From positions 111,186 to 175,185 of the forward strand of contig JAZDMV010000023.1 in the NCBI GenBank assembly GCA_043800535.1: a DNA stretch of 64,000 nucleotides. Direction: 5' to 3'. The translations under genes were made by a program, and so were the position numbers. The stretch is from a bacterium. GTDB taxonomy: Bacteria; Patescibacteriota; Minisyncoccia; Portnoybacterales; GWB1-42-6. Below are positions 56,809 through 64,000 of this stretch, one piece after another. The number at the start of each line of letters is the position of its first letter. The stretch's first letter is position 1. Under the pieces are notes generated by a model, which saw nothing but the letters and a program-made list of their open reading frames with translations, was not told where the DNA came from and did not search any database.

Positions 56809-57243
56809 TCTTTTCACCCCCTCCCTTTCTGAGTTTTAATGCGTTACCAAATAGATTTTTAATGACCTGGCCAAACAATAAACTTACAGACAATCATTTG
56901 TTGTTTTATAGCACAAGCAGGGGACAAACGCAAATTGTTTTGGCAATGCCGGACACCGTCATTGAACTATGTCTCTTTAGGAATAAAACACACAGCCAAA
57001 CGCGTTACGACTTTAGACATTATATTTTTTACACTTCTCATATTGTGCGACATAATATTCGCAGTTTTCTGAAAATAAATTTTACGAAAAATCTATTTAG
57101 AATTTTGCTAATAAAAATCAGGAAGCAAAAATTTATTTTTTGACAAATAATTTTTGCCTGTTGATACATAAATATCAGTCGCGTCCAATATACTCCCCTA
57201 TCGCTATCCCCTTCTGTGGAACAAAAATTTTTGCGGATAAATT

Positions 57244-57283
57244 AAAAACCCCGCCACGCAAAATGCGGGGCGTGGGGTGTTTT
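57244..57283 (-). terminator. Probable terminator of the iscS-iscU-clpB-protease run
   Basis: GC-rich imperfect hairpin flanked by A/T tracts. Confidence 0.55.
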
Positions 57284-57298
57284 CTAAAAAAATACCTC

Positions 57299-58084
57299 TT
57301 ATTTCATTAAGTCCCTAATCTGCGAAACCACGACTATTTTGCCTTGTCCGCTTGCATCAACCAGATTCATTCCAATTATTTCACTCTTTACACTAAATAT
57401 CGGGCTGCCGTTGCTATCCTTACCTAAAAAATCAATTGCCAAAGCCGGCGAAGTTTGCTTGGCCAGGCTCAAGTCAGTAAATTTTGAAACTTGATTCTGG
57501 CCATTTGCCAGAACCGTATTTTTCGCTCCGACAAGAAACAACCGCTCACCTAATTTTACATTCTGCTCCAAAAACGGCAGGACCGGCAGATTATTTTCAT
57601 TTATTTTGAGCAAGGCCAGGCCAGAATTTTTGTCGCGTTTTCTGATTTCAGCAGTCGCTTCTTTTCCGCCAAAAGACACCGCTATTTTCTGCGCAGTTTC
57701 CGGAACTAAATTATCCGCTGTCACAACCAGGCCGTCGCTTGAAACAATAAATCCTGAGCCCTGCGCCAGAATTTCCGCTTTTGCCAACGCCACCTTCTTT
57801 CCCCCAACAATTTTTTCTGTTTTTTGCGCCGTTACCATAACCACTATGTTCTGCGCTTTATCTATTGCCTGTTCAAACGCCTCGTTTTCAGTCACCACTA
57901 TCCTCTCCGTTTTGTTGATGATAGTTACGCCTTCGCGGATTTCTCGCAGCCAGGCAATTTTATTAAAAATCGGAATGCCGCCCAACCACGGCAAGAAAAC
58001 CTGACAGCCGATAACCCCAGCCATTCCGCCCACAACAAAAATCACCGCCAATTCAGACAATCTGTTTTTTGCCTTATTTTCCAT
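57299..58084 (-). CDS. Membrane-anchored S1C trypsin-like protease homolog, catalytic residues degenerate
   Basis: GSGFIVSSDGLVVT, LALLKI, G.P......EIIG fold motifs; His, Asp and Ser motifs altered. Confidence 0.7.
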   Translation of the reverse strand: MENKAKNRLSELAVIFVVGGMAGVIGCQVFLPWLGGIPIFNKIAWLREIREGVTIINKTERIVVTENEAFEQAIDKAQNIVVMVTAQKTEKIVGGKKVALAKAEILAQGSGFIVSSDGLVVTADNLVPETAQKIAVSFGGKEATAEIRKRDKNSGLALLKINENNLPVLPFLEQNVKLGERLFLVGAKNTVLANGQNQVSKFTDLSLAKQTSPALAIDFLGKDSNGSPIFSVKSEIIGMNLVDASGQGKIVVVSQIRDLMK

Positions 58085-60720
58085 TAAATTGTCTTGGAGG
58101 TGACCTTTTCCGCTTCTTTAATCGTTACCTCTCCTGAAACTTCGTCAAAAGTGATTGTGTCCCCCTCTTTTATTTTTCCGTCAATAATATCGCGCGCGAT
58201 TCTGTCCAGGATCACCTGCTGGATAACACGTTTTAGCGGCCGCGCCCCGTAATTTGGGTCGTAGCCATTCTGGGCCAGCAGCTTTTTGGCTTCTTTGGTC
58301 ACTCTAATTTTGATTTTTTTGGCAGCCAGCCGTTTCTGCACTTCTTCAATCTGCAGGTCAACAATTTTTGCCAGGTCTTCGGGCGTCAAAGAATCAAAAA
58401 CGACAATCTCGTCAACGCGATTGAGAAACTCCGGCTTGAACTGCTGCCGCAACGCTTCAAGAACCTTATTTTTCATCTGCTGGGCTTCGCGTTCCATCCG
58501 TTCTGCCGCAAAACCAAGAACGTATTGCTTAACAATTTCGTTGCCAACGTTTGAAGTCATGATTATAATCGCATTTTTGAAATTCACGTGCCTGCCTTTT
58601 GCATCAGTCAAGCGACCATCGTCCAAAATTTGCAGAAGTATGTTAAAAATTTCCGGATGCGCTTTTTCAATTTCGTCAAACAAAACAACACTGTATGGCC
58701 GGCGCCTGATTGATTCAGTCAATTGGCCGCCTTCCTCAAACCCAATGTAGCCCGGAGGAGAACCGATCATGCGCGCGACCGTGTGCTTTTCCATATATTC
58801 TGACATGTCCAACCGCACCAGCGCGTTTTCATCATTAAACATAAATTCGGCGAGCGCCTTGGCCAATTCTGTTTTGCCAACACCCGTCGGCCCCAAAAAT
58901 ATGAACGAGCCGATCGGTTTTTTCTCTTCCGAAATTCCCGCCCGCGCCCGCCTGACGGCATTTGCCACCGCCTTGATTGCCGCTTCCTGGTCAATAATCC
59001 GCTTATGCAATTCTTCCTCCATGCGCGAAAGCTTTGTCATCTCGCCTTCAAGCATTTTTTGCACCGGAATACCCGTCCATCGCGAGACAACCCGCGCCAC
59101 ATCCTGCTCGCCGATCTCTTCCTTGAGCAACGGGTTGCCCCGTTGCACCTCAACAAGTTTTTTTTGCAGCACCTTAATTTCCTTATCCATGCCCGGAATT
59201 TTGCCGTATCTTATTTCCGCCACCTTCTGCAGGTTTGCCTGGCGTTCGGCAATCTCCGCCTCCTGTTTCAAAACATCTATCTGTTTTTTTGTTTCCCGGA
59301 TTTTGGCGATAATATCATGCTCTGCCCGCCATCTAAGCTCCATGCCGTGACTTTTTTCTTTAAGCTCGCCTAGCGCCTTGTTCACTTTTCTCAACTGCTG
59401 CTGAGCATCTTTTGTCTTTTCTTTTTTAAGCGCCTGCGCTTCAATTTCAAGTTTCATGATCTGACGCTTGGCCTGGTCCAGATCAGAAGGCATGCTATCG
59501 ATTTCCATCCGCAGCGCCGAGGCGGCTTCATCTATCAGGTCAACCGCTTTATCCGGCAGAAACCTATCTGAAATATAACGGGCCGAGAGCGTGGCCGCCG
59601 CGATGAGCGCCGCGTCAGTTATGCGCACGCCGTGATGGACTTCATATTTTTCTTTGATGCCGCGCAAAATGGCGATTGTATCTTCAATTGACGGCTCCGA
59701 AACAAACACTGGCTGGAATCGCCGCGCCAGAGCCGGGTCTTTTTCAATATATTTCTGGTATTCTTTCAGGGTTGTCGCGCCGATGGCATGCAATTCGCCT
59801 CTGGCCAAAGCCGGTTTCAACAAATTAGACGCGTCAATCGCGCCCTCGGCCGCACCCGCGCCGACCAAGGTGTGCAACTCGTCAATGAATAACATAAATT
59901 TTCCTGCCGAGCGCTCAATTTCTTTCAGCACCGCCTTAATCCTATCTTCGAATTCGCCGCGGAATTTTGTGCCCGCAACAAGACCACCCAAATCAAGACC
60001 GATAAGTTCTTTATCTTTTAAGCTTTCAGGCACGTCGCCCGCCACAATCCGCTGGGCCAAGCCCTCAACGATCGCTGTTTTTCCTACGCCCGCTTCACCG
60101 ATCAGAACCGGGTTATTTTTTGTCCGCCGGCTCAATACCTGCATCACCCGCCTTATTTCTTCATCGCGGCCGATAACCGGGTCCAGCTTTTCTTTGCGCG
60201 CCAGATCCGTTAAGTTCCGCGTGTATTTTTCCAAAACCTGATATTTGCTTTCCGGCTCCATGTCTGTGACGTGCTGGCCGCCCCTGACTTCTTCAACCAC
60301 ATTAAGAATTTTTTGCTTGTCCACACCAAATAGTCCCAAGATTTCTTTGATTTTGACTGAGCTTTCAAAAATTGCCAGAAGCAGATGTTCGCAGCTAATA
60401 AATTCATCTTTCAGATTCTGCGCTTCTTTGCTGGCCTGGTTAATAAGGCGACCGAGCTCCGGGCTCAAAAAAACCTGACCAAATGGTACTTCGCCGGAAA
60501 CCTTTGGCAGGCGTGCCAGTTCTTTTTCGATTTCACCTTCAAGCAAAGCCAGGTTGACACCTAACCGCTGCAGAATCGCCACCACTATGCTTTCTCCCTG
60601 CCAAATCAAAGCCAACGCCAGATGTGCCACGTCAATCTGCTGCTGGCCGCGCTCGCTCGCCAGATTATGCGCGTCTCTTAGCGCCTCCTGGGCTTTTATT
60701 GTAAATTTGTCTATCTGCAT
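58084..60720 (-). CDS. clpB: ATP-dependent chaperone ClpB
   Basis: Two AAA+ modules ([16 protein letters not shown]), long coiled-coil M-domain, 878 aa. Confidence 0.95.
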   Translation of the reverse strand: MQIDKFTIKAQEALRDAHNLASERGQQQIDVAHLALALIWQGESIVVAILQRLGVNLALLEGEIEKELARLPKVSGEVPFGQVFLSPELGRLINQASKEAQNLKDEFISCEHLLLAIFESSVKIKEILGLFGVDKQKILNVVEEVRGGQHVTDMEPESKYQVLEKYTRNLTDLARKEKLDPVIGRDEEIRRVMQVLSRRTKNNPVLIGEAGVGKTAIVEGLAQRIVAGDVPESLKDKELIGLDLGGLVAGTKFRGEFEDRIKAVLKEIERSAGKFMLFIDELHTLVGAGAAEGAIDASNLLKPALARGELHAIGATTLKEYQKYIEKDPALARRFQPVFVSEPSIEDTIAILRGIKEKYEVHHGVRITDAALIAAATLSARYISDRFLPDKAVDLIDEAASALRMEIDSMPSDLDQAKRQIMKLEIEAQALKKEKTKDAQQQLRKVNKALGELKEKSHGMELRWRAEHDIIAKIRETKKQIDVLKQEAEIAERQANLQKVAEIRYGKIPGMDKEIKVLQKKLVEVQRGNPLLKEEIGEQDVARVVSRWTGIPVQKMLEGEMTKLSRMEEELHKRIIDQEAAIKAVANAVRRARAGISEEKKPIGSFIFLGPTGVGKTELAKALAEFMFNDENALVRLDMSEYMEKHTVARMIGSPPGYIGFEEGGQLTESIRRRPYSVVLFDEIEKAHPEIFNILLQILDDGRLTDAKGRHVNFKNAIIIMTSNVGNEIVKQYVLGFAAERMEREAQQMKNKVLEALRQQFKPEFLNRVDEIVVFDSLTPEDLAKIVDLQIEEVQKRLAAKKIKIRVTKEAKKLLAQNGYDPNYGARPLKRVIQQVILDRIARDIIDGKIKEGDTITFDEVSGEVTIKEAEKVTSKTI

Positions 60721-60749
60721 ACTCTTAAAAATTTATACTTTTACAAAAA

Positions 60750-61115
60750 CTATTTTTTTGACCGATAATCTTCAATCGCTTTTTTCAACGCTTCGGCCGC
60801 CATGTTTGAACAGTGTATTTTTATCGGCGGCAGGCCGCCAAGCTCTTTGGCCACGTCATCACGTGTCAGTCTCTCCGCCTCTTCAATTGTTTTGCCTTTC
60901 GCCATTTCCGTTATCATTGAAGAAGTAGCGATAGCGGCCGCGCAACCAAACGACTCAAACTTAATATCCGCTATCACGTCATTTTTTATCTTTATATAAA
61001 GTGTCATCTGGTCGCCACACATAATATTGCCGACTGTTCCCACACCATCGGCATTCTCCATCCCACCCATATTTTTTGGGTGCAAAAATTGTTCAATGAC
61101 CTCTTTGGAATACAT
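60750..61115 (-). CDS. iscU: Fe-S cluster scaffold, IscU/NifU_N type
   Basis: GN..CGD, FGCAAAIA, LPP.KIHCS (three conserved Cys). Confidence 0.92.
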   Translation of the reverse strand: MYSKEVIEQFLHPKNMGGMENADGVGTVGNIMCGDQMTLYIKIKNDVIADIKFESFGCAAAIATSSMITEMAKGKTIEEAERLTRDDVAKELGGLPPIKIHCSNMAAEALKKAIEDYRSKK

Positions 61116-61158
61116 CTGATTGAATTATGGCAAATAAAGATCAAAGTTGCAGTAAATT

Positions 61159-62391
61159 TTAGCAGCCAAAGTCATCGGGCAGCTTCTTTTTGGCGTTTTG
61201 TCCGCTGCCGCTGATCTGGCGCAAACGTTCAACTACCTTTGGCAAAACTTCCAGAAATTTCTCAACCTCCTCTTCGGTTGTGTATTTTCCTAACGTAACC
61301 CTAATGCTTGTGTGCGAGTCCTCCGGCGCAAGGCCCAGGGCGGTTAAAACATGTGAGGGCTGAAGATTTTCAGAAGCGCAGGCCGAGCCCGTTGAGACAG
61401 CAATACCTTCCAAGTCCAAAGCCATCATTATCGCCTCACCCTCTGCCCCGCGTAAACTAAAATTACAGTTATTGACAAGCCGTTTGTCGGCCGAGCCATT
61501 AACTTTAGAATCTGGAACATTTTCTAAAACGCCTTCTATCATTTTGTCACGTAATTTTTTGACCCGTTCTGCTGTTTCTTGGCTAACCATAGAAATTGCC
61601 TTGCCCAGCCCGACAATTCCTGGAATATTATAGGTTCCGGCCCGCAGATCAAATTCATGCGCTCCGCCTTCCTGGATTTTTTTTATCGGTGTCCCTTTTC
61701 TTATAAATAACGCACCCACTCCCTTTGGCCCGTAAAACTTATGGCCTGACATAGAAAGCATATCAACACCAAGCTCGTCAACTTTGCAGCCTAGATAATT
61801 TATCGCCTGGACAGCGTCGGTGTGAAAATATATCTTGCTTTCAGGCGAGCGACTGTGGTTCGTCTTTTCTACAAGCTGACCACTTTCGGCAATCGGCTGG
61901 ACCGTCCCGATCTCGTTATTGGCATACATTATGGAAACAAGAACGGTATTCTCTTTTATTGCTTTCTGGACCGCTTCAATTTCAACCAGGCCTTCTCTAT
62001 TGACCGGCAAAAATGTCACCTCTGCCAGACCGTCTTGCTCCAAGCTTTTGCACGTATCCATCACGCAATGATGTTCTATCTGTGAAGTAATTATATGCGG
62101 TTTATTGTTAAGTTTCCTGCTTACTGCCTTAATAACGCCCTTGATCCCTAAGTTGTTACTTTCCGTCGCCCCGCTGTTAAAAATGACTTCCTGGGGCTGG
62201 CAACCCAAAAATTCCGCCACCTGAGAACGCGCGTTATCAAGCGCGGCCCTCGCCTCCTGGCCAAATTGATGGGCCGAAGAAGCATTGCCAAATTTTTCGC
62301 AAAAATACGGCTTCATCGTCAAAAAAACCTCCTCGTCAACCGGGGTTGTCGCAGCGTAATCAAAATAGATCCTGGCTCTTTCTCTTCCCAT
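61159..62391 (-). CDS. iscS: Cysteine desulfurase, IscS/NifS type
   Basis: YFDYAATTP, SGATESNN, HTDAVQA, SGHKFYGPKG, STGSAC. Confidence 0.93.
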   Translation of the reverse strand: MGRERARIYFDYAATTPVDEEVFLTMKPYFCEKFGNASSAHQFGQEARAALDNARSQVAEFLGCQPQEVIFNSGATESNNLGIKGVIKAVSRKLNNKPHIITSQIEHHCVMDTCKSLEQDGLAEVTFLPVNREGLVEIEAVQKAIKENTVLVSIMYANNEIGTVQPIAESGQLVEKTNHSRSPESKIYFHTDAVQAINYLGCKVDELGVDMLSMSGHKFYGPKGVGALFIRKGTPIKKIQEGGAHEFDLRAGTYNIPGIVGLGKAISMVSQETAERVKKLRDKMIEGVLENVPDSKVNGSADKRLVNNCNFSLRGAEGEAIMMALDLEGIAVSTGSACASENLQPSHVLTALGLAPEDSHTSIRVTLGKYTTEEEVEKFLEVLPKVVERLRQISGSGQNAKKKLPDDFGC

Positions 62392-62589
62392 AAATTTATG
62401 TATAATTTTGCTCCTTACGCAATAATTTTAGCAGAAAACATTACCGCAGTCAATTAGCGAATTACGGCAAAAAATAAGACCCCGCCTAAAAAGACAGGGC
62501 CAAAACTTGATTATGCCGATGATTGAGGCCGGACGCGATAAATAGTGAAGTGTGCCTTTGATATTTCCGGTTCACATTTGTCGCAGCCC

Positions 62590-62784
62590 TTAGTTGCGAT
62601 TGAAGCGCCGATTTTCAATCTTTTTGTGAAAGGTGGCTTCAATCAACTCCTGATCCTGATTGGTTATATCCATTTTTGCCCCGCATGCAGTACAAGTCAC
62701 AATAATCTTCAACGGGTCCCCGCACTCTCCGCAAATGCCATCTTCCTCTGCCACAACGCCACAAATCACGCATTTACCGCCCAT
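62590..62784 (-). CDS. Small Cys-rich zinc-ribbon-like protein
   Basis: Three CxxCG motifs (CVICG, CGECG, CTACG); SD AAGGAGG. Confidence 0.6.
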   Translation of the reverse strand: MGGKCVICGVVAEEDGICGECGDPLKIIVTCTACGAKMDITNQDQELIEATFHKKIENRRFNRN

Positions 62785-62811
62785 ATGGCCTCCTTTTTGA
62801 TAGGAACTTTG

Positions 62812-63429
62812 CTATTTTTGAAGTTGTTTTCCTTTTTCTGTCTTTGCCTGCAAGACCTCAAAAAACTGTTTGGCGTAATTGTCCGCCACCTCCACTATCC
62901 GTTTATCAAAACTTTCATCGCTTGGGTCTGGCACGTCATTTCCCACAACCACATCAACGCTCGGCCTCTTTATTTTCTCTTCTTTCTCCGTGATGTCAAA
63001 CACAATTGTATTCTCCTTGCCGTTTTTGTCTGCATAACTGATGAAAAAATCAGCTCCATGATAGAAATCAGCCGGGCTGATCTTTGCCTCTCCTTCTCCT
63101 CCGACGCCCGTATAAATCTTTATCCTCTCCATTTCTTCATCACTCTCCAGCCCAAGCTTTTCAGCGCAGGCAATTCTTAACTCCCTGGCAAACGGCCTCT
63201 TTGGGTTTGTCGGGTCGTCTGACTGAAACTCTTTTGCCAGCTACAGGGCCTCGCCAAAAGGCAAATAGAACGGTTTTCCTTCTTCAAATTTAAAACCTCT
63301 TTTTTCAGCCCCCTTCCTCAATTCAGCCAGCCTGGCAAAGTATTTCGGGTCCTCAAAATTAATCTCGCCTACCAGATCAAATTCATATACTTTACCCGGA
63401 TATTTTTTGTCAATTCTTTCAAATCTCAT
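62812..63429 (-). pseudogene. Hypothetical gene of about 205 codons split by one in-frame TAG (63241-63243)
   Basis: ORFs 63241-63429 and 62812-63132 share a frame, and the 36 codons between them are open (…EAL*LAKEFQSDDPTNPKRPFARELRIACAEKLGLESDEEMERIK…). Confidence 0.75.
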
Positions 63430-63466
63430 AATCGATATTACATTTAGTCATAAATCTAGGTAAATG

Positions 63467-64000
63467 TCAATCGGCGACATCAAACAGCAGCGCCGCGCCC
63501 AGTGCCCCGCCTAAGCGGCCAAGTTCAGAAAATAAAATTTTTGTCTCTTTGGCCGCCGGCGAAATAACGTATTTTTCAATAGATTCGCTGATTCCCGCCA
63601 ATATAAAATCTTTTGATCCAGCAATCCCTCCGCTCAAAATTATTGCCTCGGGGTCAAAAGAATTGATGATGTTGGCAATGCCAATGCCCAGATTTTTACC
63701 CAGTTCATAAAAAGTTTTTAAAGCCGCCTCGTCTCCGGACTGCGCCATTTTATGCGCTTCCATAGAACCAACCTTCAACGTTCTTTTAATAAATTTATTG
63801 GAAGCCACTTCTTCCAAATCAACGCCATTTACAATATCAACTATCGTATGACCGACTTCGCTTGAGGCGCCGTGCGCTCCCAAAATTATTTTTCCGTCAA
63901 TCATATAAGCGCCGCCGATGCCTGTACCCAGCGTCAGATAAAATACGTTTTTTAAATCCTTTGCCAGACCAGCTTCTTTTTCCGCCAGCAAAAAGCAATC
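63467..64000 (-). CDS. ROK family sugar kinase, C-terminal part (5' end beyond window)
   Basis: YLTLGTGIGGA, G..G.SSEVGH, DPE.I.L.GG, GALGAA. Confidence 0.85.
   Translation of the reverse strand, partial: DCFLLAEKEAGLAKDLKNVFYLTLGTGIGGAYMIDGKIILGAHGASSEVGHTIVDIVNGVDLEEVASNKFIKRTLKVGSMEAHKMAQSGDEAALKTFYELGKNLGIGIANIINSFDPEAIILSGGIAGSKDFILAGISESIEKYVISPAAKETKILFSELGRLGGALGAALLFDVAD

Noticed and set aside
56862-57298. oriC, or the 93-aa ORF at 56862-57143
   Set aside because: Only imperfect DnaA boxes, no dnaA/dnaN, and no change in gene orientation; the ORF looks like translated AT-rich non-coding DNA.
58286-60478. Long plus-strand ORFs opposite clpB (and similar ones at 32431-33102, 51799-52350, 62545-63180)
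   Set aside because: Antisense shadows of real genes, with no protein motifs or expression signals.
1-64000. CRISPR array, tRNA, rRNA, transposase or integrase
   Set aside because: No regularly spaced direct repeats, cloverleafs or rRNA-like tracts, and no DDE, HUH or tyrosine-recombinase motifs recognised.
1-64000. Alternative genetic code (TGA=Gly or TAG recoding)
   Set aside because: Well-conserved genes end at TGA (ATGA overlaps) and at TAG with normal lengths; only one internal TAG was seen.

Overview
About 43-45% GC bacterial DNA (by eye), with nearly all genes on the minus strand. TGA, TAA and TAG all act as stops (code 11). Gene content and style suggest a CPR/Patescibacteria (Parcubacteria-like) genome; this is inference. 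Positions 1-36.5 kb form a very large surface-glycan cluster. It holds two gmd genes, two DegT-type aminotransferases, ugd plus a UDP-glucuronate decarboxylase, seven GT4, three DPM1-like GT2 and four GT-C membrane glycosyltransferases, five class I SAM methyltransferases, an SMR/EamA flippase-like protein, six cobalamin-binding radical SAM enzymes and a DUF6580/BtuM-like membrane protein. Three closely related radical SAM paralogs each sit in a repeated [GT2 + B12-rSAM + GT-C] module, the best candidate here for an undescribed B12-dependent lipid-linked glycan-tailoring system. Positions 37-53.6 kb carry a secreted Zn-PLC/P1-nuclease-like lamin-tail protein, a TrpR-like YerC gene, two O-antigen-ligase/TPR paralogs, a DUF559 nuclease, a Thr/Ser-rich S-layer-like gene with a ~350-nt structured leader, and an ECF sigma/DUF5667 pair. 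Positions 53.6-64 kb carry galU, a DeoR-HTH protein, a degenerate S1 protease, clpB, iscU/iscS, a TAG-interrupted gene and a partial ROK gene. Several families of small palindromic repeats are visible: nested inside one another, inserted in-frame in a glycosyltransferase, and bracketing genes. No rRNA, tRNA, CRISPR array or transposase was recognised. All family calls come from motif recognition by eye, not database searches.
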